A DNA stretch of 64,000 nt from Bacteroidales bacterium (GCA_045130275.1 JBGUPL010000013.1:3900-67899); one strand, 5' to 3'; numbered from the stretch's first letter, positions 46,783 through 56,990 are shown. The notes: generated by a model from the sequence alone, not told the origin. A program made the numbers and translations.

Positions 46783-47708
46783 TGAGTCCGAAAATCTGGC
46801 TGGCTCCGTTGCACGGAATCACTTCCCGCACGTTCAGAAACACACTATGCCGTCACGTTGACGGCATAGATTTTTTTATGGCCCCATTCTTGCCTGTGCA
46901 ATCCTTCGGGAAACTGAACCGACGGGTATGGCAGGATATCTATCCGGAACTCAACACGGCGGTCCCGCTTGTTCCGCAACTCATGGGCAACCGCGCCGAC
47001 CAATTTGTGGAAACCCTAACCATGTTGAACAACTTATTCGGTTATGAGCGCTTTAACATCAACATCGGATGCCCCTCTTCGCCGGTTGTCCGCCATCAGC
47101 GCGGCTGCGGACTGATGCCCCACCCCGACCGGATAGAGGCTGTCGTTGCGGAGATAACCGCCAAGACGGACTTTCAGCTGTCCCTGAAAATGCGTCTCGG
47201 CCTGCACTCCCCTGACGAAGGGCGCGAACTGCTCCGCCGCCTCAACGACTATCCGCTGGATTTCCTCGTCATCCATCCCCGACTGGGAGACGAACAATAC
47301 ACCGGACATCCTCATTTGGATATTCTCGAGGAGTTTTGTTCCCTTTCTGCACACAAAATAGTGTATAGTGGAGACCTTTTCACAAGAGCGGATTTCGAGG
47401 CTCTTTCCGCCCGTTTCCCGAACGTGGAAGCCTGGATGTTAGGGCGCGGGCTGCTCTACAACCCCTTTCTGGCGGAGGAAATCAAAGGTCTGGAATCCGG
47501 TGACAGCACCGCTCGGTTTTGGACCTTTCACCAAGACCTCATCGAATCTCTATTGCCGATCCGCGGCGAATCCGGCACATTAGCCAACCTCAAGGAGCTG
47601 TGGCATTACTTCGCGGAGTTCACGGGCATGACGACAGAAGCACTGCACCGATTGCTACGAACTCAAGATTTGCAGGCATTTTGCGGTGAAATCAGCCGAT
47701 ATTGCTGA
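46782..47708 (+). CDS. tRNA-dihydrouridine synthase family protein
   Basis: Starts MSPKIWLAPLHGITSRTFR and has a NINIGCPS motif. The start is set at ATG 46782, which overlaps the preceding TGA (TGATG). Confidence 0.7.
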   Translation: MSPKIWLAPLHGITSRTFRNTLCRHVDGIDFFMAPFLPVQSFGKLNRRVWQDIYPELNTAVPLVPQLMGNRADQFVETLTMLNNLFGYERFNINIGCPSSPVVRHQRGCGLMPHPDRIEAVVAEITAKTDFQLSLKMRLGLHSPDEGRELLRRLNDYPLDFLVIHPRLGDEQYTGHPHLDILEEFCSLSAHKIVYSGDLFTRADFEALSARFPNVEAWMLGRGLLYNPFLAEEIKGLESGDSTARFWTFHQDLIESLLPIRGESGTLANLKELWHYFAEFTGMTTEALHRLLRTQDLQAFCGEISRYC

Positions 47709-47780
47709 TTCTTTGTTGTATAAAACCTATTTAAAAACCATTGGGGCTGCCCGTTCTACAGAATATTAACGGACAACCCC

Positions 47781-47808
47781 AATTATCAATTATCAATTAT
47801 CAACTACT
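47781..47808. repeat. Heptamer array (AATTATC x3 plus one degenerate unit)
   Basis: Read directly; it abuts the stop of the 993-aa gene. Confidence 0.8.
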
Positions 47809-50789
47809 TACTTAACCAGCGTCACCGAACCCGTGTACTCCTTATCGTCACCGTTGAGGTTGAGCAGGCGGATTATGTACACATAGACTCCTTCGGGACA
47901 CATTTGGCCGTTCTTGTTACGACCGTCCCAATAATCGTAAGGATTGCGGGTGGAATAGATCAACATACCGCTCCGGTCGAAGATCTGCATGGAATAGTTG
48001 TCGGGATCCACTCCCTCGCCACTCGGCGCGAACGTCTCGTTCACTCCGTCACCATCAGGTGTGAAGGCATTGGGAATATAGAAGAAATACGGCACTGTGA
48101 CGGACACCCTCCTCTTGACGGAATCCACGCAATTGAGTGAATCGGTCGCTGTCAGGGTAATCGTGTAGTAACCCGAATGCGTATAGTCGTGGGTGACTTG
48201 CTCGATATTTTCCACTTGGTTGACATTGGAGAAGATGTCGCCGAAGTCCCACAACAGATGATACTCATCCTGAGACAACGGGGTCGTGCACGTAACAGTT
48301 CCTACGCCGTTCTCGACATAGATTTCCGTGGGATCCGGTATAAACGTCGGGGTGGGAAGTGGCAGCACCGTAACGGTAAAGGTATCGATGACCGTGCAGT
48401 TGCCCTCCATAGTGGCCGACACCGTGTAAAGGGTGGTCACCTGCGGTGAAACCGTGATGGTGGGACCACTTTGGCCGTTGCTCCATTGGAATTGATTGGA
48501 GGTGGCGTGCGTGGCAACCAGTGTGGCGTTCTCGCCCATACAAATCGAATCCGTACCAGAGATTTCCGGAAGCTCCAAGTCCGTGATCTTCACCCGGACC
48601 GTGTCTTTGTTGTCGCAACTATTGTCGAAAGTGACGGTAAGGGTGTAAGTAGTACTCTCCAACGGGTTCACCGTTACTGTCGCCGTCGTGTCTCCGGTGC
48701 TCCACAAATACGATTCGGGCAAAATGTCCGGATAACCGGAATAGGTTGCCGACAGGGTGGCCGGGTCGCCCGGACAGATAAAGTTGTTGCCCGTGGAGGA
48801 GGAGAGGTGCACCTCCGGCACCTGCACAAGGATGGTGGTGGTGTCCATCAGCGTGAAGGACTGCCCTGAGGCATTCGTGAACTGATAAACGGAAATGTAT
48901 TTCGTGACCGGTGCATTTGGTTTACTGACAGTGATCATCTGCTCAGTACTATAGGGCGTACCCAACGTATCGTTCACGAACCAGCGCAACGTACCTTGCT
49001 CATCCAGCGGGGTGATGGGTGTGAAACGCCATGCCTCGTCATTGGCACTCCACGCGTTAAAAGAGCCGACATGCGTAGTTGGATTGTACGTGACCCCGCG
49101 ACCCGGCGCAAAAAGAATCTGAGATGATGTTTTGTTTTGCAGGCCTATGATACCTTGGTTTCCGCTATTTGTCGAAGCACAACATGCCCGATGTTTCACA
49201 TATACGTCTATAATGTTTGTTCCCTCGTAAATCACCATCTGATAAGTGTTGTAATTGCTCGGGGAATTGTGATTACCGAAAAGGCCCACATTCAAATAGT
49301 TGAACACAAATGCACGACATGGGGGGCTACCAAGCACACCTACTCGAACAGCACCTGGGGTATTAAAGCAGTAGCTGTTGTAATAATTACAGTCAATATC
49401 CTCATATACACCATAAATACAATTGTTGTAATTAAAAGGCACCGTCATACTGCCTCCTCCTATCGTCTGGTTATTGGCAATATTCACATCATAGGGTGGC
49501 GATTGAGGAGGAACCCCGTATGAATAACCCAGATCAATTCCAGGATTGCTATGCCTGTATGTCATGGAAATCAACCCGTTGGTGCCAGGATACACTGTAT
49601 TGTAATCTTGCCCGAAAAAGGTGAAAGTAAAAGGCAAATTGACTCCCGCCAACCATTGGTCGTCATCACTGGCATTAATGCTTTGACCCTGATTGAATTC
49701 GAAAATGTGCGATTCAAAGGGGATTTGTTTTACGGAGTAGTCGCTGGTATATTGTCCAGTAGCAATGACACCGGCTTTGAGCAGGATAATGGGAATATCA
49801 CAATTCCACAAAATGGTCTTCGTCTCAGCATCAAACATGTCGGCATATAAAGAGTCAATATCGTTGGTCACCGACGGACAAGCGCTTCCGTCAGGGCTGT
49901 CAAACAACTCAGGCACGCAGGAAATCTGCGCTTTCCATCCGGATTTCTGGAGATCGCCGGCCTTGCCGCAATAGACGAAAGTGAGTGCGCTGGAAGTGGA
50001 AAAAAGTGTCGGGGGTTTGTTTTGAGTGGAATTATCAAGTGTGGATGTGCAAAACTGCCCGATGAGGCGCTTGTCTTGCGCCCAATAGTGCCCGTCATAA
50101 ATCTTCATCACCCCATTCACCGAAAACTCCGTGAACTCGCATTTCACATGCGATCCGACCGGAGAGGTGAAACTGGCAAAAACCGTCTCGTTGGCATTTT
50201 GATCCACCGTGGCTATATTGCCATTGGGACCGCCAGAATCATAAAACCATGTATTACAAGTGGTCACATCCGGTGAGTTGCCGTCTGTGGGCCAGTTGTA
50301 GCTCGATGGAGTAAGGGAAAAGGCATACACCTGTGCCCGCCATCCGGCCTGCAACCCCGGAACATGCGCATCGTTCGAATGGAACACAAATGTCAGCATA
50401 CGATCGGCGGCTGTAATCTCACCCGGGCTCTGCACCAGCGTATAGGCTCCTATAAGCGGAGAAGAGGTATTGGGGCCGTTGAAAATGTAGAGCGTGTCGC
50501 CATTGTCCATCGCAAATTCTTCAAAAGCGATATACAACACCGTGCCCGACATATTGGTTCGCAGGGTCATTGTGTCTCTGAGATTCTCTGCAAAATAGCC
50601 GTTCGGATCCTGGTTTGCACCCATTTGGCCTGGGACACCACCGGGGTCGTAGAAATTTCTGGGATAGTCATCGATATCGGCCACCAACGGGGCGGATCCC
50701 ATAATAATATCTTGGCCTTCAGCATTTTGCAAAAAATAAAAGCCGCTTACGAGCAAGATTAGCGTGAATAATATTTTCCTCATTGTCAC
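47808..50789 (-). CDS. Large secreted protein with two CUB-like N-terminal modules, Ig/PKD-like repeats and a T9SS type B C-terminal sorting domain
   Basis: 993 aa with a signal peptide. FYDPGG... and WFYDSGGPNG... segments have CUB-like spacing. The C-terminus NAFTPDGDGVNETF...MQIFDRSGMLIY...WDGRN...GVYVYII is a type B CTD. Confidence 0.7.
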   Translation of the reverse strand: MTMRKILFTLILLVSGFYFLQNAEGQDIIMGSAPLVADIDDYPRNFYDPGGVPGQMGANQDPNGYFAENLRDTMTLRTNMSGTVLYIAFEEFAMDNGDTLYIFNGPNTSSPLIGAYTLVQSPGEITAADRMLTFVFHSNDAHVPGLQAGWRAQVYAFSLTPSSYNWPTDGNSPDVTTCNTWFYDSGGPNGNIATVDQNANETVFASFTSPVGSHVKCEFTEFSVNGVMKIYDGHYWAQDKRLIGQFCTSTLDNSTQNKPPTLFSTSSALTFVYCGKAGDLQKSGWKAQISCVPELFDSPDGSACPSVTNDIDSLYADMFDAETKTILWNCDIPIILLKAGVIATGQYTSDYSVKQIPFESHIFEFNQGQSINASDDDQWLAGVNLPFTFTFFGQDYNTVYPGTNGLISMTYRHSNPGIDLGYSYGVPPQSPPYDVNIANNQTIGGGSMTVPFNYNNCIYGVYEDIDCNYYNSYCFNTPGAVRVGVLGSPPCRAFVFNYLNVGLFGNHNSPSNYNTYQMVIYEGTNIIDVYVKHRACCASTNSGNQGIIGLQNKTSSQILFAPGRGVTYNPTTHVGSFNAWSANDEAWRFTPITPLDEQGTLRWFVNDTLGTPYSTEQMITVSKPNAPVTKYISVYQFTNASGQSFTLMDTTTILVQVPEVHLSSSTGNNFICPGDPATLSATYSGYPDILPESYLWSTGDTTATVTVNPLESTTYTLTVTFDNSCDNKDTVRVKITDLELPEISGTDSICMGENATLVATHATSNQFQWSNGQSGPTITVSPQVTTLYTVSATMEGNCTVIDTFTVTVLPLPTPTFIPDPTEIYVENGVGTVTCTTPLSQDEYHLLWDFGDIFSNVNQVENIEQVTHDYTHSGYYTITLTATDSLNCVDSVKRRVSVTVPYFFYIPNAFTPDGDGVNETFAPSGEGVDPDNYSMQIFDRSGMLIYSTRNPYDYWDGRNKNGQMCPEGVYVYIIRLLNLNGDDKEYTGSVTLVK

Positions 50790-50905
50790 TATTTTTTTGT
50801 CTTAACGAAATAGTTTGCCAGATGTTGCAAAAAAAATCATTTTTGGTGAAAAAAGGCGCGAAAAAACAAAAATTTCCACAACGTGTTTTTATTTCAAAAA
50901 AAGTG

Positions 50906-50913
50906 TATTTTTG
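50906..50913 (+). promoter_or_regulatory. Candidate -7 box (TATTTTTG) for tRNA-Pro
   Basis: Exact consensus match 16 nt upstream of the tRNA 5' end. Confidence 0.55.
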
Positions 50914-50928
50914 CAGCCGCAAAACGGA

Positions 50929-51001
50929 CGGGGTGTGGCGCAGTTGGTAGCGCGCTACGTTCGGGACGTAGAGGCCGGAAGTTCGAGTCTTCTCACCCCG
51001 A
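50929..51001 (+). tRNA. tRNA-Pro (anticodon CGG)
   Basis: The cloverleaf was folded by hand: acceptor CGGGGTG/CACCCCG, D arm GCGC-AGTTGGTA-GCGC, anticodon arm CTACG-TTCGGGA-CGTAG, T arm GGAAG-TTCGAGT-CTTCT. No CCA is encoded. Confidence 0.9.
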
Positions 51002-51008
51002 CATTACT

Positions 51009-51043
51009 GTAGAGACGCATTTCTTGCGTCTCTACTTTTGTTT
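51009..51043 (+). terminator. Rho-independent terminator after tRNA-Pro
   Basis: Stem gtagagacgca / tgcgtctctac followed by ttttgttt. Confidence 0.7.
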
Positions 51044-51051
51044 AAAAAATG

Positions 51052-51059
51052 TATCTTTG
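51052..51059 (+). promoter_or_regulatory. Candidate -7 box (TATCTTTG) for the MORN lipoprotein gene
   Basis: Exact consensus match 20 nt upstream of ATG 51079. Confidence 0.55.
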
Positions 51060-51078
51060 CCGCCCTATATTTTTATAT

Positions 51079-51747
51079 ATGAAGAACCTTATTCATACCG
51101 CTATCATCGCTGTCACCCTGCTGACTGTCGCGTCATGCACGCACACGGAGACCACCTACTACCCTGACGGGAGCACCGAATCCGTTATCCAATACCGCGG
51201 AAAGAAAGAACACGGGAAGACCGTCTATTTTTACCGGAGCCCCAACACGGTGGAAATGGAGGTGGAAATGCGCGACGGGAAGCGCAACGGGGAGTTCCGA
51301 CGCTATTTCAAGAACGGGACATTGGACACCTACTGTGTCTATGTGAACGATTCCATCGAAGGACCCGAGATCTTGTATTCCGCCAACGGCTGCAAAAGCC
51401 AGGAATACACATACGTTCATGGGCGGAAAAACGGCCCTCACAAAGCCTATCACCTTGACGGAAACATCAAAATCGAAGGAGGTTTCAAGGACGACCTTTT
51501 CGACGGGCCGTGGACTTACTATGACGAGCGTGGAGTGCCGGTGGGTGAGGGAACCTTCCGGAACGGCACCGGCGAAGTCACCTTTTACGACAAAAACGGC
51601 CGCCCGCTGCGCACCACCCATTACGAAAACAACCTGAAGAACGGGCCTGAAACCTACTTCACCCCTTCCGGCGAGGTGTTCCGCACCATCATTTTTAAAG
51701 ACGACCGCATTGTCAGCCAAGAAGTTGACTCTACCCTGATTCCATAA
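51079..51747 (+). CDS. MORN-repeat lipoprotein (YwqK-like family)
   Basis: Lipobox ...LLTVASC, followed by repeated G.....Y..NG/GK..G units (HGKTVYFY, KRNGEFRRYFKNG, GRKNGPHKAYHLDG, LFDGPWTYYDERG, LKNGPETYFTPSG). Confidence 0.65.
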   Translation: MKNLIHTAIIAVTLLTVASCTHTETTYYPDGSTESVIQYRGKKEHGKTVYFYRSPNTVEMEVEMRDGKRNGEFRRYFKNGTLDTYCVYVNDSIEGPEILYSANGCKSQEYTYVHGRKNGPHKAYHLDGNIKIEGGFKDDLFDGPWTYYDERGVPVGEGTFRNGTGEVTFYDKNGRPLRTTHYENNLKNGPETYFTPSGEVFRTIIFKDDRIVSQEVDSTLIP

Positions 51748-51750
51748 CCC

Positions 51751-53283
51751 ATGAGAAAACTGTCCGTCATATTTCTCCTCATCCTCCTGTTCGCCAGTGC
51801 GACGTATGGGCAAGGTGGCCGCAAAATCCTTTACCGGGCGGACATGGGGTACTATGACGAGGAATTTCTCCCCGGAGCGCAACGGCTCATCGGACACGTG
51901 AAGTTCGCCCAGGACAATGTGGTGGGCTACTGCGACAGCGCTTATCTCTACGAAGCGGACAATTACCTCATCGCCTTCGGGAGCCCCGTGCGGTTCATCA
52001 TCAGTGACTCCATCAACCTGTTCGGGCGACGGGCCACCTACGACGGGGAAATCCGCCAGGCCTCCATCTCCGGCAATGTACGGTTGGAAAACGGCAAGTC
52101 CTATCTTCTTTCTGACAGCCTTTTCTACGACCTGAACACCGACTGCGGCTATTACACGACCGGCGGGCAAATCTTCAACGATGACGACACCCTCACCAGC
52201 CGTATCGGAAAATACTACACCAACACCGACGATGCCTATCTCCACGAGGATGTTCTGCTGCGCAGCAGCCGATACCAGATGGATTGCGATTCCCTGCGCT
52301 ACAATGCCAGCAGCAAAATCGCCTACTTCATCTCCCCAACCCACCTCGTCAACGAGGAAAACACCATCTTCACCGATCGGGGGTTCTACAATACCAACAC
52401 CGATATCTCCGTGCTTTACGGCAATGTGAAACTTTTGGGCGAGAAACAGCAGCTCTTCGCCGACAGTCTTTTCTACGACCAAAATCTGAAATTCGGAAAA
52501 GCCTGGTACAATGCCACTTACATTGACACATCCAACCATATTATCCTTAAGGGGAATTATATTGAACACCATGAGAAAGGCGGCACATCCATCGCCACTG
52601 ACAGCAACCTGCTCATCTACATTGACGACAACAAGGACACCCTTTATCTACATTGCGACACGCTGAAAGTCGATTTCGACACCGCCTCGAATCCCACCCT
52701 GGTGCGCGCCTATTTCCATACCAAATTCCTGCACAAGAACATCCAAGGGGCATGTGACTCCATGACCTACAATGTGAAGGACTCGTTGTTGGTAATGTAC
52801 TACAACCCTGTCTTCTGGTCCGACAACTACCAGCTCTCCGGCGACACTGTGCGTTTCTGCATCATCGATTCCGTACAAAGCACCATCGAACTCTGCCGCT
52901 CCGGTTTCATTGTCGGCGGACTTTTCAGAGACACGGAGTTCAACCAGATCAAAGGTCTGAATATCAAAGGGTTTATGGAGGACACCTACTTGCAAAGGGT
53001 GGATATAATAGGCAATGCGGAATGCGTTTACTATATCCAGGAAGAAGACAGCTCCCTCATAGGGATCAACACGTCCATCACAAGCGAAATGCGTATCTAT
53101 CTGGACAGCAATCACATACAACAGATCCGTTACTTTGATTCCCCCAATGGGAAAGTACATCCGGACAAACAGATGACTGAGAAAGACCGCAAGCTTCAAG
53201 GATTCCGCTGGTTAGACGCCTATCGCGCCCGAAAACCCGAAGACCTTTTCATAATGCCTGTCCCGAGGCTAATTGACAATTGA
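51751..53283 (+). CDS. Secreted OstA-like (LptA/LptD N-terminal-like) repeat protein
   Basis: 510 aa with signal peptide ...FASATYG|Q. Repetitive beta-rich segments with recurrent ...D.L.Y....... patterns resemble OstA-like domains. The assignment is tentative. Confidence 0.45.
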   Translation: MRKLSVIFLLILLFASATYGQGGRKILYRADMGYYDEEFLPGAQRLIGHVKFAQDNVVGYCDSAYLYEADNYLIAFGSPVRFIISDSINLFGRRATYDGEIRQASISGNVRLENGKSYLLSDSLFYDLNTDCGYYTTGGQIFNDDDTLTSRIGKYYTNTDDAYLHEDVLLRSSRYQMDCDSLRYNASSKIAYFISPTHLVNEENTIFTDRGFYNTNTDISVLYGNVKLLGEKQQLFADSLFYDQNLKFGKAWYNATYIDTSNHIILKGNYIEHHEKGGTSIATDSNLLIYIDDNKDTLYLHCDTLKVDFDTASNPTLVRAYFHTKFLHKNIQGACDSMTYNVKDSLLVMYYNPVFWSDNYQLSGDTVRFCIIDSVQSTIELCRSGFIVGGLFRDTEFNQIKGLNIKGFMEDTYLQRVDIIGNAECVYYIQEEDSSLIGINTSITSEMRIYLDSNHIQQIRYFDSPNGKVHPDKQMTEKDRKLQGFRWLDAYRARKPEDLFIMPVPRLIDN

Positions 53284-53374
53284 TAATCCAAATCACTATT
53301 CACCAATCACTAATCACTATTCACTGCTCACTGATCACTGCTCACTGATCACTAGTCACTAATCACCAATCGCC
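53284..53374. repeat. Heptamer array (NNTCACT family, 12-13 units) filling the spacer before uvrC
   Basis: Units aatcact attcacc aatcact aatcact attcact gctcact gatcact gctcact gatcact agtcact aatcacc aatcgcc. Confidence 0.95.
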
Positions 53375-53383
53375 CCCATCCCA

Positions 53384-55165
53384 TTGAAAGAGACTCCAAA
53401 CAATATCAAACTGATACTGAGATCTTTGCCGGAGAAGCCTGGTGTTTACCGCTTCTACGATGACAAGGGCACGGTGATTTATGTGGGCAAGGCAAAGCGG
53501 CTGAAGCGGCGGGTTTCCTCCTACTTCAACAAAGAGCATGACTCTGCCAAGGTGCGGATGCTGGTCACGAAGATCCGCGACATCCAGACCGTAGTGGTGG
53601 ACACGGAGTGGGAGGCTTTGTTGCTGGAAAACAGCATGATCAAGGAATTCAAGCCGAAATACAACATCATGCTGAAAGACGACAAAACCTATCCATGGAT
53701 TGCCGTCACGAAAGAGCCGTTTGCAAGGATCTTCCCCACCCGCAGGCCCGACCCCGCCACCATGCATCTTTTCGGGCCCTATTCTTCTGTGAAACAGATG
53801 AATATCCTGCTCGACCTCATCTACGGGCTATTTCCGATACGGAATTGCAAGATATTGAAGAACAATGACCGTCCGTGCATGCAGTACCAAATCAAAAAAT
53901 GCGCTGCTCCCTGCTGCGGACTCATCACTGCCGAAGAATACAGGCAGAATATCGACCAAGCAACGCAAATCATCAAAGGGAACCGCAAAGAGGTGATCCG
54001 GCAGTTGCGTGAGGAGATGATGGGCTATGCCGACGAATGGAAATTCGAGCAAGCCGCCGAAGTGAAGCGCAGAATCGATGCTTTGGAGACCTTCATTGGC
54101 AAATCCGTCGTGGTGAACCCCTCGCTCACCGACATGGATGTCTTCGGGATGGAGGAAGACGACAACTGCGTGTACGTCAGTTTTTTACGTGTTTTGGACG
54201 GAGCGGTGGTGCAGGCGCAGACCCTCGAAATCGACAACCGTTTGGAGACCACCCGCGAAGATGCGCTTTGGACAGCCATCCTGGAGATCAGGGAACGTTT
54301 GGGAAGTCTCTCCCCCACCCTGCTGGTGCCCTTCACGCCGGAAATCGCCCCCGACGACTGGGACCTGCAAGTGCCGCAACGTGGCGACAAGCGCAAACTG
54401 TTGGAGTTGGCCGTCCGCAACGCGCACTTCTATATGCTGGAAAAGAAAAAACGGCAAGACCTCGCGGATCCCGAACGACGTAACATCCGGGTACTGCAGG
54501 CGCTCCAAGACGCTTTAGGCATGAAGACTTTGCCGCGACGTATCGAATGCTTCGACAACTCCAACACCCAAGGCGAGGAGCCCGTGGCCGCGATGAGTTG
54601 CTTCATCGACGGCAAGCCCGCCAAAAGCGAATACCGGCACTTCAACATCAAGACTGTGGTCGGTGCCGACGACTTCGCCTCCATGGAAGAGGTCATCTAC
54701 CGCCGCTACCACCGGTTGCTGGAGGAGGAAAAGCCGTTGCCAGACCTGGTAGTCATCGACGGCGGCAAAGGGCAGCTCCACGCCGCCTGGAACGCCATCC
54801 AAGCCCTCCACATCGAAGACCGCCTTATGATGGTGGGCATCGCCAAACGGTTGGAGGACATCTACAAGGTGGGCGACGACCTGCCCGTCTATATCGACAA
54901 ACGCTCCGAGGCGCAGAAACTGCTGCAGCACGTGCGCGACGAGGTGCACCGCTTCGGCATTACCCATCACCGCAAACGCCGCAGCAAAACCAGCATCGCC
55001 TCCATCTTAGATGACGCGCCCGGCATAGGTAAAACACTCAAGACCAGACTGTTGAAAGAATTCAAGAGCGTATCGAAAATCAAAGCCGCCAACGAGACCG
55101 AACTCGCCGCAGTCATCGGTCCGAAGAAAGCCGCGGACCTCAAGGCATATCTGTTAAAGGTTTAG
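53384..55165 (+). CDS. uvrC: Excinuclease ABC subunit C
   Basis: 593 aa with a GIY-YIG N-terminus (PGVYRFYD...VIYVGKAKRLKRRVSSY), a UVR motif, an Endo V-like domain and a C-terminal HhH. The only in-frame start in the right place is TTG 53384. Confidence 0.9.
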   Translation: MKETPNNIKLILRSLPEKPGVYRFYDDKGTVIYVGKAKRLKRRVSSYFNKEHDSAKVRMLVTKIRDIQTVVVDTEWEALLLENSMIKEFKPKYNIMLKDDKTYPWIAVTKEPFARIFPTRRPDPATMHLFGPYSSVKQMNILLDLIYGLFPIRNCKILKNNDRPCMQYQIKKCAAPCCGLITAEEYRQNIDQATQIIKGNRKEVIRQLREEMMGYADEWKFEQAAEVKRRIDALETFIGKSVVVNPSLTDMDVFGMEEDDNCVYVSFLRVLDGAVVQAQTLEIDNRLETTREDALWTAILEIRERLGSLSPTLLVPFTPEIAPDDWDLQVPQRGDKRKLLELAVRNAHFYMLEKKKRQDLADPERRNIRVLQALQDALGMKTLPRRIECFDNSNTQGEEPVAAMSCFIDGKPAKSEYRHFNIKTVVGADDFASMEEVIYRRYHRLLEEEKPLPDLVVIDGGKGQLHAAWNAIQALHIEDRLMMVGIAKRLEDIYKVGDDLPVYIDKRSEAQKLLQHVRDEVHRFGITHHRKRRSKTSIASILDDAPGIGKTLKTRLLKEFKSVSKIKAANETELAAVIGPKKAADLKAYLLKV

Positions 55166-55201
55166 GGTTTAGGGTTTAGGGTTTAGAGTTTAGAGTTTAA
55201 G
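55159..55201. repeat. Heptamer array (GGTTTAG x4, AGTTTAG, AGTTTAA) containing the uvrC stop
   Basis: Counted directly. Confidence 0.95.
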
Positions 55202-55216
55202 ATATTACGAAAGATT

Positions 55217-56950
55217 ATGATTTATATGAACCGTTTTTCCAAAAGGGCTGTAAGCCCGAAACACGTCAACCCGACGCGCCGCGCTGGGATCATTACCCTC
55301 TTCGCCATCCTCATCGCCGTCACGGCCATGGCGCAAAACCAAAAGCTCACCTATCCCGAAACCTACATCGAGACCGTGGTGGACGCCGCCACGCTGAGCT
55401 CGCTGTCGCACGACTTTTCCGTGGACCACGTGAGCCGCAACAACGACGGCACTTTCAACACACGCATCTACCTGTCGTACAGGGATTTCGACAGTTTTCT
55501 ATCGAAAAACATTCCCTTCACGACCGTACCGCAGACCCGTGCCTTTGTGCAAATGGCGCAGAACTATGCGCAGCTGACCAGCAGTTGGAACCGCTACCCG
55601 ACCTACAGCACTTATCTTGCCGCGATGGACACCTTCCGCACGCGCTACCCACAGCTGTGCGAAATCGACACCATCCTGGACAACACCCCTGATCACCACA
55701 AGATCCTGGTGGCGCACATCAGCAACAACCTCAGCGACCGCGAGGGCAAGCCCTCCGTCTTCTACACCTCCACTATCCACGGCGACGAGGTGCTCGGGTA
55801 CTATATGATGCTGAGACTTATCGACTATCTTCTAACAAATTACAACTCAAATACATACGTCACTGATTTAGTCAACAGCATCGACATTTGGATCTGTCCG
55901 TTGCACAACCCTGACGGCACCTACTACACCTCTGACAACCAAATCAACAGTTCACCGGTCTCCATTCGATCGAACCTCCACGGCGTGGACCTGAACCGGT
56001 CGTTCCCGCAGGTGGGGCAAACTCCAGCCAAGGAAAACGAGGACGAACCTGAGGTGCAAGCGATGATGCAGTTCATGCAGGCTCACGACTTCACCTTGGC
56101 GGCCAACTTCCACGGGGGTGCAGAGGTATTCAACTACCCATGGGACACTTGGACCAGCTGGCAGCACAGCCACGCTGACGCCGCTTGGTGGGCATTTGTC
56201 GGCCACCGGTTCGCCGACACGTGCCAGTACTACAACTCCAACTACATGAACGAGGAAAACGACGGCATCACGGAGGGCGGCGACTGGTACGTCATCACCG
56301 GCTCCATGCAGGACTACCACAACTGGTATCTTGGCACACGCCACGTAACCATCGAAGTCGGCGACAACAAAGTGCAATCCACCAACTCCTTGCCGAATTA
56401 CTGGGGCTACATCAAGCAAGCGCTGCTGAATTTCATCGCCGAGGCGGACAACGGTATCCACGGCAGGGTCACCGACTCGCTAACCGGCGAACCGTTGGAG
56501 GCGCTCGTTTATATCGCCAATCACGACCTCGATCACTCCTACGTGGAGTCCTCCCTGCCCTATGGCGACTATCACCGTCCCATCAAGGCCGGTCAGTACG
56601 CTGTCACCTACTCGGCGGAGGGTTACCTACCCAAAACCATCGTCACCACCATTGCCGACGGCCAAAAATTAGTGCAGAATGTGCAACTGACCAAGAGTGT
56701 CGGCATTGACAGCTACGAAAACCGCGTGACCGTTTATCCGAACCCTGCAAAGGAGATTGTCAATGTACAATGTACAATGAACAATGTACAAAGCGTTGAG
56801 GTGTTCGATGTATATGGTAAATTGTTGCAAATTGTACCGGTCACCTCCGAAATCACACCGATCAACATCTCCGGCCTGGCCGACGGCATGTATTTCGTTC
56901 GCGTGGCCACTGAGGCAGGCACAGTGACCAAGACTTTCGTGAAGAAATAG
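55217..56950 (+). CDS. M14-family zinc carboxypeptidase with a T9SS type A C-terminal sorting domain
   Basis: 577 aa with signal peptide ...AVTAMA|Q, zinc motif STIHGDE, ...ANFHGGAEV, and the C-terminal VTVYPNPAKEIVNV...GMYFVRV...KTFVKK. Confidence 0.8.
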   Translation: MIYMNRFSKRAVSPKHVNPTRRAGIITLFAILIAVTAMAQNQKLTYPETYIETVVDAATLSSLSHDFSVDHVSRNNDGTFNTRIYLSYRDFDSFLSKNIPFTTVPQTRAFVQMAQNYAQLTSSWNRYPTYSTYLAAMDTFRTRYPQLCEIDTILDNTPDHHKILVAHISNNLSDREGKPSVFYTSTIHGDEVLGYYMMLRLIDYLLTNYNSNTYVTDLVNSIDIWICPLHNPDGTYYTSDNQINSSPVSIRSNLHGVDLNRSFPQVGQTPAKENEDEPEVQAMMQFMQAHDFTLAANFHGGAEVFNYPWDTWTSWQHSHADAAWWAFVGHRFADTCQYYNSNYMNEENDGITEGGDWYVITGSMQDYHNWYLGTRHVTIEVGDNKVQSTNSLPNYWGYIKQALLNFIAEADNGIHGRVTDSLTGEPLEALVYIANHDLDHSYVESSLPYGDYHRPIKAGQYAVTYSAEGYLPKTIVTTIADGQKLVQNVQLTKSVGIDSYENRVTVYPNPAKEIVNVQCTMNNVQSVEVFDVYGKLLQIVPVTSEITPINISGLADGMYFVRVATEAGTVTKTFVKK

Positions 56951-56990
56951 GGGGTTAGAAGGTTAGAGGGTTAGAAGGTTAGTAGTTAAT
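56951..56990. repeat. Octamer array (GGTTAGAA/GGTTAGAG, 4 units, degenerating to 57009); reverse complement of the 27619-27699 family
   Basis: GGTTAG recurs at 8-nt spacing, starting one nucleotide after the carboxypeptidase stop. Confidence 0.9.

Noticed and set aside
46637-46843. Small ORFs overlapping the 3' end of the T9SS type A cargo gene and the dus start.
   Set aside because: They lie out of frame or antisense within well-supported genes and have no independent signals.
53284-53374. Repeat arrays (also 41374-41537, 10314-10376 and 27619-27699) were considered as CRISPR arrays.
   Set aside because: The units are 6-8 nt and directly abut one another with no spacers. No cas genes are present.
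55159-55186. GGTTTAG x4 equals TTTAGGG repeats, the plant-type telomere unit. This raised the possibility of eukaryotic contamination or a linear-replicon end.
   Set aside because: There are only four units. They are embedded between two intact bacterial genes and contain the uvrC stop. They belong to the same family of short junction arrays seen throughout the window.
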